A DNA stretch of 62,851 nucleotides, filler included, from Basidiobolus meristosporus CBS 931.73 (GCA_002104905.1; 4 parts of 4 records of this genome joined end to end with filler, not necessarily neighbours in it); one strand, 5' to 3'; positions 22,838-35,838 are shown, numbered from the whole stretch's first letter. The notes: generated by a model from the sequence alone, not told the origin. Program-made: numbers and translations.

Positions 22838-24200
22838 CCCCATGAAAAATTATTTAGTCCCACAGGTAGATCCAATCCAGATCAGCCATAAGGATCCCAT
22901 TTAGAGACTGTCATAATACCAGCAGCTTGCAATTAGTGACCCTCTTGACAATCTTATGACAGGATCATGATGGCATTTTGCTAATTTTACTGCAAACAAA
23001 GAGATAAAACATGACAGGATCTGAATGGTGCTGAGACAATGATTGCATGGCATTGTTGCAGTCTTATTGCGCTCTACAACTATTTTAAATGGATCCAACC
23101 AGCCAGGACATCCAACTGCCTTATATGGAAAAAATCTTGGTGGTATTTCAACGGCTTCACAGCAAGATAATAATGGCATTATAACAGCAGTATGGTGGCC
23201 TACAGCTAGTACTGTATAATGCTACTGTACCAATTTACACAATAGTATTTACTTTTTCTACCTCCCCTTGTGCAATTCATATATTCCACTGTAAAATCAC
23301 CCCTCTCTATTTGCTCACCCACTACTACCTTGGGTATTCCACATATAGTTCAAGTCAAAAAATTCTATGACCTCCTGCTTATTAACCTCTAGAAATGCAC
23401 ACCTGCTGCAATTGACATAATTCTATCACCTCAACTTTACAGCTTTTTAGTGTGATACTTGCAAAGTTGCCATACACCTTGTACTGCTGATAACATATAC
23501 ATCTTGCAAACATATGCTTGATTGTTGCCACTTCTACCATGAATACCTCCCAAGTATCTCCAATGAACTTCTTGGTATTTGACCAATATATTTCTTCTCC
23601 CTGCTGGATTCTAGTCCCCCTTATAGGTGCACTCTGGCTCTTGTTGTAAGAGTCTTGGAGATATTGGAAGTGATTTGGAGAACAAGTAGAATATGTGGTT
23701 TTCACTTAATGATTTATTGAATGTAAAAGTAGCATTTATACTTTTACCCAGTTTTGCCATTACAAACACGTAGAATAGGTTAAGGAAGGTCCCAAGAGCA
23801 TGTGTGCAACGTTTGGGGCTGTTTGGACAGCTTTGAGAATTTTCATGTTCTGGGTACCTAGTATTTTGGTGAAAATATTTTAAGTAAATCCCAACAAGGA
23901 ATTTTGGTCAGTATTCTCTAGGATTTGAAGGTGATGATCCAAGTGACTAAGTTAGGTGACTATTTAGGTGGAAATACAAATTTTTACAACAGCTCTTGTT
24001 TGTGTGAATTCCATACTGAATGGTGTAGAAGTTAGCTTGTGACCATGAGAAATCTGGCATACCTTGGTAGAGTTTCCTACTCAGGATTAGTTGCTTGTTG
24101 CACCCTACACAACTTTGTATTACTTAATGGATTACCTGCACATGGGGCCTTGATTAACCCACAGCTCTTAGGCAGTTGTTGGGCTTTTTTCTTATATTTG
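22838..24200. mobile_element. Terminal portion of a CMC/EnSpm-like DNA transposon (copy 1), carrying a solo copia LTR
   Basis: Starts CCCCATGAAAAAT; colinear with 47108-48780, which runs into a transposase fragment. Confidence 0.6.
23642..23991 (-). repeat. Solo copia LTR (family D)
   Basis: TGTTG...CAACA; 5-bp TSD GCTCT; the empty site is visible in the paralogue near 48597. Confidence 0.95.
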
Positions 24201-24237
24201 CAGGCTTCGCAGAGTTTCAAATCAGTTTGGGGAACAG

Positions 24238-24580
24238 TTTACTCCAGAAACTAGCTCACCTTTGATAATTTTGTGCACATAATCAAAATTGTTGTGTTCA
24301 AATCTCTTGTGCTAAAGCATTGGTGTTTCTTTACTCAAGTTACCTATATGGCTTTCAGATGTGATGGAATATAAGTCAACTTGTGTAGATTCTGATCTCT
24401 GATATCCAGAGCAATATGGGCGCCATCATTATCAGTGATCCAGCATCCAGAATTGTTATTGCTGAAACTTAGTCCTTCTGCTGTGGCTTGCTTATAGATA
24501 GTAGGTTTTTAGGTATTTCTGGAACACAGAGTCCTTTTTTGAAGGTGAGTGTGTGGCTTACTTCACTGCTTCTTAGGTTT
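24238..24580 (-). pseudogene. Copia D pol fragment (protease to pre-integrase linker)
   Basis: Matches 32430-32780. Confidence 0.75.
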
Positions 24581-24845
24581 ACTTAGATAGCTTAATGAGT
24601 AATATTGACTAAGTTTTCTCAAACTAAGGGGTGCAATTATTCATTCATTTTCTTTGCAAGATGTGTTGAAGGGATCAAAAGCTCCTAGTCATGGGACTTA
24701 GGTTCTGTAGCAGCCTGTTGACAGATTCAACACAATTATTTCTCACAGGCAGTGATCAGGCTTAGGATTGGGAGATTGAATTACTAGGAAAAGGTGTGGC
24801 TGATAAGTGTGTCAGAATATCTTTTTTACTGAATCAGCCAATTAC

Positions 24846-25193
24846 TGTTGTAAAAGCTCATAATTCCACCTGAATATTCACCTAACTTAGTCACTTAGAT
24901 CATCACCCTCAAATCCTAGAGAATACTGACCAAGATCCTTGTTTGGATTTACTTAGAATATTTTCACCAAAATACCAGGTACCCCAAACATGAAATTCTC
25001 AAAGTTGTCCAAGCAGCCCCAAAAGTTGCACACATGTTTTTGGGACCTTCCTAAGTCTATTCTACATGTTTGTAATGCCAAGACCAGGTAAAAGTATAAA
25101 TACTACTTTTACATTCAATAAATCATTAAGTGAAAACCACATATTCTACTTGTTCTCCCAATCACTTCCAATATCTCCAAGACTCTTACAACA
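24846..25193 (+). repeat. 5' LTR of copia element 1
   Basis: TGTTG...CAACA, 348 bp, followed by the PBS. Confidence 0.93.
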
Positions 25194-25224
25194 GGCTATG
25201 AGCCCCAAGCTGTCACTCTCTGCA

Positions 25225-28200
25225 ATGTCTACTACTGCTATTACTGGAATATTTCCCTCTGCTGAAAAGTTGGATGGATCTAACTACCAAGTGTGGAAGG
25301 TGAAGATGAAGATGCTGCTACAAGAAAGAGGCCTTTGGGATATTGTCATGGGAGAAGAGTGCCCTCCTAAAAATGTGGGAGAAGAAGCCTTGAAGAACCA
25401 GAAGAAAGAACAAAGTGCCTTTAACTGCATTTGCCTTAATGTTAAAGACAAATTGTTAATTCAATGCTCATGAGCAAAAATGGCAAAGAATGCCTGGAAG
25501 GCATTAGAAGACACCAACCAGTCATGCTCAGCTGCCAAGAAAATGTATCTGAGACAAAAACTATTTATTACAAAGATGCAGCCTGGAGAAGAAATGAAAA
25601 ATCTAATTAACAGAATTACCCTGCTGGTAGATGAGATGGAATCTGTGGGTGTACCAACTAATGATGAGGATGTGACAGTTACCATCCTGAATAGCCTGAC
25701 AGACCGGTTTCAGGGCCTTGTATCAGCCCTAGAGTCCAGAACTGAAGATTTGACCTTAAATTATGTATATGGAAGGCTCCTGGATGAAGAATTAAGAAAA
25801 TCAAGCGCTGTAGTGGGGTGACAGTGACACCCACTGACAGATGTGCTCATTCCCTCATTTTCTACTTCCCTATATCTCTACTACATTTATTTTAGTTTTA
25901 TCCCATTTGTTTTACCCAATCAGTACTATCCCATAAGCCAGTAGACTATCACACCTGCTTACCTTATTGCATAAGTTACCCCTCACTTTATGTAAGATTA
26001 CTAGCTATAAGTGCTTCTATATTAGGCAAGTACCTGCGCCAGTACCTGTGACACATGATCAACCCGTGTCACCATCCCTAGCATTTCCATACCATATATG
26101 GTATCCCCATGTTACACAGGTTTCAGAATACTGATTTCTGATTGGTTGGATGTGCTCTGCCTCTTAGAACCTTCCAGCACCTGCTTAGAACATTCTTAGG
26201 TCATTCTGATATCATTAAGATTTCTATTGATGTCTGGAACCTTCTGGAACACCATGATTAGTAATCACTTAGCCAGTGAGAAAAGTATATAAGGGAGGCT
26301 ATCCCTCTACAATAAATCATCATCCCTTTTATCAATATACTGACTTGTTGATTAGTGTGATTGCTGCTACCTGCTGCTACCTGAACTTCCAACCCCAGAC
26401 CACAGGACACTCCCAGGAAACTGTGCTGACAGCCAACTGACCTTGTAGGCACTACTTGTGAGGAATACTCAGAGTAGGTATCTTTTATTATATTTGATTC
26501 TTTTCCAAGTTTGTTCTTGTACAGGCAAAGATACTTTACTATGTTTGTAACTATTGACCACAGCTGCATTCTTATCAAGTCCCTGCTGGTGGAGTTTACA
26601 GTTGTTTTGACTTTGGAAGCTTTAGTACATTGTCATCTCAAAGGACGCTGAACCCAGCACATACTTTTGTTAAGACGCCAACTAAGTTGGGGATTGTAGC
26701 TCAATAGTTTTCCCTTGACAAGCTTGTGGCTTTATTCCCCTTCACATTAGATTAGAGACAGAACCCAAGTATTCCTAGCAAGCTTTTGCCAGAGGTTATT
26801 GCACCCAGTGAACACCCCACACACAAAACACTTGAGAAGTGTTGGACGTATCTCTCCCTTGGACCTATACACCACCACAGCGTCAATAAGAAGGAAGAAG
26901 GAAATGCTTTAATAAGCAATGATAGCCAACAAAGGAGGTACCCAAGACCATAAAAAGACAACAACAACCTGTTTTGCAACTACTGCAAAAGGAAAGGACA
27001 TACATCAGACCGGTGTCTCAAAAAGCAATATTATCAGCAAAAGAAGCCCAAAATGGAAATGCTGCAGCAACTGAAGAAAGACTATTCCTATCTGCACTAT
27101 ATATGACCGCAAACAAGGATTCTCAGATGTGGTATACTGACTCTGGAGCTTCTCAACACTTTACACACCAAAAAGAACTTTTTACCCAATATCAAGAAAT
27201 TCCAATTAAGAAGGTTTTCATGGTTGACAATAGAACACTTGATGCAGTGGGAGAAGAAACTATCCAAGTAAACCTTAGGAGTAGTGAAGGAAGCCATACA
27301 CTGACCTTTAAAGAGGTACTCTATGTACCTGAAATAGCCAAGAACCTACTCTCTGTAAGCAAGGCCCCAGCAGAAGGACTCAGTTTCAGTTTTTGACAAT
27401 TCTGGATGCAGGATCACTGATCAAATTGGTGCCCATATTACTTTGGGCATCAGAGATCAGAATCTATACAAGTTGACTTATATTCCATCATATCTGGAAG
27501 CCAATATAAGTAACTTAAATGAAGAAACACCAATGCTTTGGCACAGGAGATTTGTGCACATCAATTTTGATTATTTGCATAAAATGATCAAAGATCAGCT
27601 AATTTCTGGAGTGAAAATTGATCCCCCAGCCAATTTGGAGCACTGTGAAGCCTGCATATATGGAAAACAAGCCAGACAACGGTTCAAGAGCTTTGGGTTA
27701 ATCAAAACTAAGAAATAATTAGATCTAATTCACTCAGATCTGCGTGGACCTTTGCAAAATTTATCCTTAGGCGGGATGAACTATTTAATCACTTTTATTG
27801 ATGATTATACAAGATACACATGGGTCTACTTCATGAAGAGAAAGGAAGAAGCTCTGCCTAAGCTCAGGGAGTTTAAAGCCATGGTGGAGAGAGAAACTGG
27901 TGAAAAAATCAAGAAAATATGCCCTGACAATGGTGGAGAATATACCTCAAAACTCTTCATCCACTTCTGCAAAATTCATGGGATAAAGCAAGAGGGTACT
28001 GTACCATACTCCCCACAGCAAAATGAAGTAGCAGAATGTGCTAACAGATCAATAATTGATATGGCACAATCTATGACCCATAATCAAAAATTATGCTATG
28101 ATTTTTGGGCAGAATCAGTTGCCACTGCTGTATACCTTAGAAATAGGAGCTATAACAGAATACTTTGTGATTCTACTCCATTTGAAGGATGGTATGGACA

Positions 28201-29440
28201 CAGACCAAGTGCAGAACATTTAAGAATATTTGGGTGTACAGCATATGCCAAAAAACTGGCTGGAAATCAGTCAAAATTTGAGCCAAAAAGTGTAAAATGC
28301 ATATTTTTGGGCTACTGCAATGAGAGTAAGGCATACAGACTCTACAATACCAAAGCAAAGAAGCTGATCAAGTCCAGGGATGTGTTGCTTGATGAAAACT
28401 CAGAAATTTCACAAAAAATGACATCAAATGATGACAAAAATTTGATCTCAAGTCCACCAATTGTCAGGATTGAATCAGAGCAAAACAATGAATATTTTTT
28501 CACTCCAGAGGACTCTACAACTGTGGTTCAGCCAGAATCAGTGTCTGGAATATCCCAGAAGTGGTCTTTCCAGTATCAAATGCCTGGAGATCCAATTGGA
28601 CAAGAAATATCCCAAATTACTATATCAATGAGGGTACAAACTTAGCCTATGCCTATTCAGTCCATATTGATGAGCCCCAGACTGTAAAAGAGGCCCTGAA
28701 TAGCCCTCAGACAAGGTTTTGGAGATTTGCAATGACTGAGGAATATTGGGCCCTGATGCAAAATCAAACTTGGGACTTAGTCAAATTACCAATCAACCAA
28801 AAACCAATTGGATGCAGATGGGTCTTCAGAACAAAATACAAGGCTGATGGTACAATTGAAAGACACAAACCAAGACTTGTAGCCAAAGGATGCTCTCAAA
28901 CAAAAGGACTTGACTATACTGAGACCTTTGCACCGGTAGCAAAGTTTAATTTCATCAGATTAATATTGGCTATTGCAGCCAAATATAAGTTGTTTATTCA
29001 TCAAATGGATGTAAAAGCTGCATTTTTGAATGGAAAGCTTGATGAGAATGTGTATATAGACTAGCCTGATGGGTTTGCTGACTAAGATAACCCCCATTTA
29101 GTCTGCAAGCTTAAAAAGTCACTATATGGTCTCAAACAATGACCAAGAGCCTGAAATTGCAAGATAGATACTTATTAGGTATCTTTGAGTTTCAAAAGAA
29201 GTAATGCTGCCTATAGTATATACCATAAGCCATATAGAGCAAATCCAGTTCTATTAGCTCTATATGTGGATGATCTTATTATAGCCGCCAATAACCTAGA
29301 AACATTGGAAGAGACTAAATCCAGCCTATCTAAGGAGCTCAAGATGTCCAATCTAGGAGAACTTAGTTACTACTTAGGGATTAAGTTCTCCATAGACAGA
29401 AGTACCCAGACTAAAACCCTAAGCCAATCCAAGTATTTTC
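25225..29440 (+). pseudogene. gag-pol: Copia gag-pol, 5' part (gag, protease, integrase, RT)
   Basis: LDGSNYQVWK; WYTDSGAS; LWHRRF; IDDYTR/DNGGEY; RLVAKG; QMDVKAAF; LYVDD. Multiple stops and frameshifts. Confidence 0.92.
25809..26879 (+). mobile_element. Solo LTR, family G (1071 bp), inserted in copia gag
   Basis: TGTAGTGG...CCACCACA; flanks GCGC and GCGT; the uninterrupted target (TCAAGCGCTAAT) is seen in copia element 2. Confidence 0.88.
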
Positions 29441-32400
29441 TGATGTAAGAGTCTTGGAGATATTGGAAGTGACAGGGAGAACAAGTAGATTGTGTGGTTT
29501 TCACTTAATGATTTGTTGAATGTAAAGTAGTATTGACACTTTTACCTGGTCTTGGCATTACAAACACTCCGAATTGGTTAAGGAAGGTCCCAAGAACATG
29601 TGAGCAAAGTTTGGGGCTGTTTGGACAACTTTGAGAATTATCATATTCTGGGTACCTGGTATTTTGGTAAAAATATTCTAAGTAAATCCCGACAAGGGAT
29701 TTGGTCAGTATTCTCTAGGATTTGAGGGTAATAATCTAAGTGACTAAGTTAGGTGAATATTTAGGTGGAATTACAAATTCTTAGAACACTCCCACTCAGC
29801 TAAATGTTCATACTGGCCAGTCCTAACTTTGACCTAAGATATTCAAACTTGTCTCTAGCTAATGGTTTGGTAAGTATGTCTGCAATCATTTCATCTGTAG
29901 GACAGTAAACTAAGCTAACTAAGTTATTCTCTATAGCTTTACGTATGAAATGATGTCTAAAATCTATGTGCTTGGTTCTAGCATGAAAAGTTGGATTTCT
30001 ACCTAATCGTATACATCCTTGATTATCTTGAAATAAAGTAAAAGATGTTTTTTGACATAGGCCAAAATCTGTAAAAAGTTTTCTTAACCACATTGCTTCT
30101 TTTGTAGCTTCACAGGCTGCCATGTACTCTGCCTCTGAGGTAGAAAGTGCTACGGTTGGTTGCTTTCTTGAATTCCATGAAATTGCTCCTTTACAGTAAA
30201 GAAAGGTGTATCCTGTGGTGGATCTTCCGACGTCCAAGTTTCATCCCCAATCAGCATCAGAGTATCCCACAAGATCCTGTTCTGAATCCTTATAAGTGTA
30301 TCTTAAGCAAATATCAGCAGTTCCTTTTAGGTATCCAAAAATCCGCTTAACTGCTGCAATATGATCAGATCCGTAGTTCTGATTATGTTGGCTGACAACT
30401 ACCACGGAATATGATATATCTGGACGTGTTCCAAGCATGACATACATCAGACTACCAAACATAGATTGATAAAGAAAGTCAGGGCTTTCAGATTGCACCA
30501 AGCTCTCTTGATTTGGTTGAGTTTTGACCAAGTTAAGGTTTGTCTCCATTGGGGTAGCTGCTGGTTTACAGTCTTCCATTTGGTACTTCTTTAGTATATC
30601 TTGAATATACTTGGATTAGCTTAGGGTTATAGTCTGGGTACTTCTGTCTTTGGAGAACCTAATCCCTAAGTAGTAACTAAGTTCTCCTAGATTGGACATC
30701 TTGAACTCCTTAGATAGGCTGGATTTAGTCTCTTCCAATGTTTCTAGGTTATTGAAGGCTATAATAAGATCATTCACATATAGAGCTAATAGAACTGGAT
30801 TTGCTCTATATGGCTTATGGTATATACTATAGGCAGCATTACTTCTTTTGAAACTCAAAGATACCTAATAAGTATCTATCTTGCAATTTCAGGCTCTTGG
30901 TGATTGTTTGAGACCATAAAGTGACTGTTTAAGCTGGCAGACCAAATGGGGGTTATCTTTGTCAACAAACCCATCAGGCTGGTCCATATACACATTCTCA
31001 TCAAGTTTTCCATTCAAAAATGCAGCTTTTATATCCATTTAATGAATAAACAACTTATATTTGGCTGCAATAGCCAATATTAATCTGATGGAATTAAACT
31101 TTGCTACCAATGCAAAGGTCTCAGTATAGTCAAGTCCTTTTGTTTGAGAGTATCCTTTGGCTACAAGTCTTGGTTTGTGTCTTTCAACTGTACCATCAGC
31201 CTTGTATTTTGTTCTGAAGACCCATCTGCATCCAATTGGTTTTTGATTGATTGGTAATTTGACTAAGTCCCAAGTTTGATTTTGCATCAGGGCCCAATAT
31301 TCCTCAGTCATTGCAGATCTCCAAAACCTTATCTGATGGCTATTTAGGGCCTCTTTTACAGTCTGGGGCTCATCAATATGGACTGAATAGGCATAGGCTA
31401 AGTTTGTACCCTCATTGATATAGTAATTTGGGCTATTTCTTGTCCAATTGGATCTCCATGCATTTGATACTGGAATGATCACTTCTAGGATATTCCTGGA
31501 CACTGATTCTGGCTGAACCATGGTTGTAGAGTCTTCTGGAGTGAAAAAATTTCATTGTTTTGCTCTGATTCAATCCTGACAATTAGTGGACTTGAGATAA
31601 AATTTTTGTCATCATTTGATGTCATTTTTTGTGAAAATTCTGAGTTTTCATCAAGCAACACATCCCTGGACTTGATCAGCTTCTTTGCTTTGGTATTGTA
31701 GAGTCTGTATGCCTTACTCTCATTGCAGTAGCCCAAAAATATGCATTTTACACTTTTTGGCTCAAATTTTGACTGATTTCCGGCCAGTTTTTTGGCATAT
31801 GCTGTACACCCAAATATTCTTAAATGTTCTGCACTTGGTCTGTATCCATACCATGCTTCAAATGAAGTAGAATCACAAAGTATTCTGTTATAACTCCTAT
31901 TTTCAAGATATACAGCAGTGGCAACTGATTCCGCCCAAAAATCATAGCATAATTTTTGATCATGGATCATAGATCTTGCCATATCAATTATTGATCTGTT
32001 AGGATGTTCTTCTACTCCATTTTGCTGTGGAGAGTATGGTACAGTAGTCTTTTGCTTTATCCCATGAATTTTGCAGAATTTGATGAAGAGTTTTGAGGTA
32101 TATTCTCCACCATTGTCAGAGCATATTTTCTTGATTTTTTCACCAGTTTCTCTCTCCACCATGGCTTTAAACTCCCTGAGCCTAGACAGAGCTTCTTCCT
32201 TTCTCTCCATGAAGTAGACCCAAGTGTATCTTGTATAATCATCAATAAAAGTGATTAAATACTTCATCCTGCCTAAGGATAAATTTTGCAAAGGTCCACG
32301 CAGATCTGCGTGAATTAGATCTAATTATTTCTTAGTTTTGATTAACCCAAAGCTCTTGAACGGCTGTCTGGCTTGCTTCCCATATATGCAGGCTTCACAG

Positions 32401-34123
32401 TGCTCCAAATTGGCTGGGGGATCAATTTTCACTCCAGAAATTAGCTGATATTTGATCATTTTATGCAAATAATCAAAATTGATGTGCCCAAATCTCCTTT
32501 GCCAAAGCATTGGTGTTTCTTCATTTAAGTTACTTATATTGGCTTCCAGATATGATGGAATATAAGTCAACTTGTATAGATTCTGATCTCTGATGCCCAA
32601 AGCAATATGAGCACCATTTTGATCAGTGATCCTGCATCCAGAATTGTCAAAACTGAAACTGAGTCCTTTTTCTGTGGCCTTGCTTACAGAGAGTAGGTTC
32701 TTGGCTATTTCTGGTATATAGAGTACTTCTTTAAATGTCGGTGTGTGGCTTCCTTCACTGCTTCTAAGGTTTACTTGGATAGTTCCTTCTCCCACTGCAT
32801 CAAGTGTTCTATTGTCAACCATGAAAACCTTCTTAATTGGAATTTCTTGATATTGGGTAAAAAGTTCTTTTAGGTGTGTAAAGTGTTGGGAAGCTCCAGA
32901 GTGAGTATACCACATCTGAGAATCCTTGTTTGTGGTCATATTTAGTGCAGATATGAACAGTATATCTTCAGTTGTTGCCGCATTTCCATATTCAGGCTTC
33001 TTTTGCTGATAATCTCTCTTTTTGAGACACTGGTCTGATGTGTGTCCTTTCCTTTTGCAGTAGTTGCAAAATTGGTTGCTGTTGCCTTTGAAGGGTCTTG
33101 GGTACCTCCTTTGTTGGTCATCACTGCTTATTAAAGCATTTTCTTTGTACTTCTCATTAGCGCTTGATTTTCTTAATTCTTCATCCAGGGGCCTTCCATA
33201 TACGTAATTTAAGGTCAAGTCTTCAGTTCTGGACTCCAGGGCTGATACAATGCCCTGAAACTTGTCTGTCAGGCTATTCAGGATGGTAACTATCACATCC
33301 TCATCAGTAGTTGGTACACCCACAAATTCCATCTCATCTACCAGCAGGGTAATTCTGTTAATTAAATATTTCATTTCTTCTCCTGGCAGCATCTTTGTAG
33401 TAAAGAATTTTCATCTCAGAGACATTTCCTTAGCAGCTGAACATGACTGGTAGGTGTCATCTAATGCCTTCCAGGCATTCTTTGCCATTTTTGCTCTTGA
33501 GCATTGAATTAACAATTTGTCCTTAACATTAAGGCATATGCAGTTAAGAGCACTTTGTTCTTTCTTCTTGTACTTCAAGGCTTCCTCTCCCACATTTTTA
33601 GGAGGGTATTCTTTTCCCATGACAATATCCCAAAGGCCTCTTTCTTGTAGCAGCATCTTCATCTTCACCTTCCACACTTGATAGTGAGATCCATCCTACT
33701 TTTCAGCAGAGGGAAAAGTTCCAGTAATAGCAGTAGTAGACATTGCAGAGAGTGACAGCTTGGGGCTCATAACCTGTTGTAAGGATCTTAGAGATATTGG
33801 AAGTGATTGGGAGAACAAGTAGATTATGTGGTTTTAACTTAATGATTTATTGAATATCAAAGTAGTATTTATACTAATACCTGGTCTTGGCATTACAAAC
33901 ATGTAGAATAGGTTAAGGAAGGTCCCAAGAACATATGTGCAAAGTTTGGGGCTGTTTGGACAACTTTGAGAATTTTCATATTCTGGGTACCTGGTATTTT
34001 GGTGAAAATATTCTAAATAAATCCCAACAAGGAAATTGGTCAGTATTTTCTAGGATTTGAGGGTAATGATCTAAGTGACTAAGTTAGGTGAATACTTAGG
34101 TGGAATTACAAATTTTTACAACA
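29441..34123 (-). mobile_element. Copia D element 2, full-length, nested antisense in element 1
   Basis: LTRs 29441-29788 and 33775-34123; PBS GGTTATGAGCCC (33763-33774); PPT 29789-29797; degenerate TSD TTTTC/AATTC where the intact sequence reads TATTC. Confidence 0.93.
29800..33743 (-). pseudogene. gag-pol: Copia gag-pol of element 2
   Basis: ORF fragments 33411-33677, 32325-33392, 31485-32291, 31039-31521, 30616-30858, 30241-30579 and 29800-30237 cover gag to RNase H. Confidence 0.93.
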
Positions 34124-34929
34124 AATTCAAGATATATCAAAGAAGTACCAAATGGAAGACTGTAAACCAGCAGCTACCCCAATGGAGACAAACCTTTACT
34201 TGGTCAAAACTCAATCAAATCAAGAGAGCTTGGTGCAATCTGAAAGCCCTGACTTTCCTTATCAGTCTATGTTTGGTAGTCTGATGTATATCATGCCTGG
34301 AACATGTCCAGATATCTCATATTCAGTGGGAGTTGTCAGCCAACATAATCAGAACTACGGATCTGATCATATTGCAGCAGTTAAGCGGATTTTTGGATAC
34401 CTAAAAGGAACTGCTGATATTTGCTTAAGAGACACTTATAAGGATTCAGAACAGGATCTTGTGGGATACTCTGATGCTGATTGGGGATGAAACTTGGACA
34501 ACAGAAGATCCACCACAGGATAAACCTTTCTTTACTGTAAAGGAGCAATTTCATGGAATTCAAGAAAGCAACCAACCATAGCACTTTCTACCTCAGAGGC
34601 AGAGTACATGGCAGCCTGTGAAGCTACAAAAGAAGTAATGTGGTTAAGAAAGCTTTCTACAGATTTAGACCTATGTCAAAAAACACCTATTACTTTATTT
34701 CAAGATAATCAAGGATGTATACAATTAGGTAGAAATCCAACTTTTCATGCTAGAACCAAGCACATAGATATTAGACATCATTTCATATGTGAAGCTACAG
34801 AGAATAACTTGGTTAGCTTAGTTTACTGTCCTACAGATGAAATGATTGCAGACATATTTACCAAACCATTAGCTAGAGACAAGTTTGATTATCTTAGGTC
34901 AAAGTGAGGACTAGTCAGTATGAACATTT
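34124..34929 (+). pseudogene. pol: Copia element 1 pol, 3' part (end of RT, RNase H)
   Basis: YSDADWG; MAACEATKE; RTKHIDIRHHF; ADIFTKPL. Confidence 0.92.
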
Positions 34930-34942
34930 AGCTGAGTGGGAG

Positions 34943-35083
34943 TGTTCTAAAAATTTGTAATTCCACCTGAATATTCACCTAACTTAGTCACTTATATCAT
35001 TACCCTCAAATCCTAGAGAAAACTGACCAAATTCCTTGTTGGGATTTACTTAGAATATTTTCACCCAAATACCAGGTACCCAG
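34943..35083 (+). repeat. 3' LTR of copia element 1 (truncated by the gap)
   Basis: Follows the PPT; matches the start of LTR D. Confidence 0.9.
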
Positions 35084-35183
35084 NNNNNNNNNNNNNNNNN
35101 NNNNNNNNNNNNNNNNNNNNNNNNNNNTTAATTAATTAANNNNNNNNNNNNNNNNNNNNNNNNNNNNNNNNNNNNNNNNNNNN
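35084..35183. other. Artificial contig spacer
   Basis: 44N-TTAATTAATTAA-44N. Confidence 0.97.
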
Positions 35184-35389
35184 TCAATTTAACTTACCCG
35201 CCATTTAGATCAAAATCTATTGCTCGCCGTTGGTGGCTTAGTCAGGTAAGTGCAATTATAGGAGCTCTCCACGTACCTGCTGTCTCATTATAGACTTTTT
35301 TTGTAACGCAGTTGATTAACAAGCTAGTAACGGTGCTATTGTACAATTTATCTCCATATTATATTTTAAATCAGGATCAAATAACAAAA

Positions 35390-35474
35390 CCGAACATAGC
35401 TCAGTTGGTAGAGCGGAAGACTGTAGTGTTATATAGCAATCTTTAGGTCCCTGGTTCAAATCCGGGTGTTCGGA
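35390..35474 (+). tRNA. trnY: tRNA-Tyr(GTA) with a 12-nt intron (35427-35438)
   Basis: Cloverleaf CCGAACA/TGTTCGG; intron at 37/38; T-run terminator. Confidence 0.96.
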
Positions 35475-35764
35475 ATTTTTGGTTTGTGCAAACCCTATTC
35501 CTACGGGTATCACTTGTGGGTAGAGCCTTGCAGCAAAGGCTCGCCTTTTTCTTGTTGGATGTGGCTCTTTACATACGATATTTGCAATACTTTATGTTAT
35601 TGCTTTACCACCGTATCTGCAATGGTTTTAAGAAATATTGGCCCTTCCCATAGTGCATTGCCCTAAGTATACAATTTTTGCTTTGTTGCCCCTGAACGAT
35701 TGCTTCCTTTTTGATACTTGTTGGTGGGAATACCGGTTGCCAGGGAAAACAAAATATAAAAATG

Positions 35765-35838
35765 CGCTCCTGGGTGGGCTTGAACCACCAACCTCCTGAT
35801 TAACAGTCAGACGCGCTAGCCAATTGCGCCACAAGAGC
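35765..35838 (-). tRNA. trnN: tRNA-Asn(GTT)
   Basis: GCTCTTG/CAGGAGC acceptor; CT GTT AA loop; A and B boxes. Confidence 0.97.

Larger units (their letters stand above)
24846..35083 (+). mobile_element. Copia D element 1 (degenerate), interrupted by LTR G (25809-26879) and by copia element 2 (29441-34123); 3' LTR runs into the gap
   Basis: 5' LTR 24846-25193; PBS GGCTATGAGCCC; gag, PR, IN and RT to 29440; RT and RNase H resume at 34124; PPT GAGTGGGAG; 3' LTR from 34943. Confidence 0.92.

Noticed and set aside
29040-29180. RIP as the cause of the CAG/CAA-to-stop changes
   Set aside because: Only a few CpA hits; the young elements keep long open frames and most diagnostic changes are at CpG.
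27716-34490. Shared copia stops as stop-codon reassignment or programmed readthrough
   Set aside because: All three stop types occur, other copies have sense codons there, and frameshifts are also present.
35241-35253. ACTTACCTG on the minus strand as the 5' end of U1 snRNA
   Set aside because: No U1 stem-loop I or II and no Sm site follow at the right spacing.
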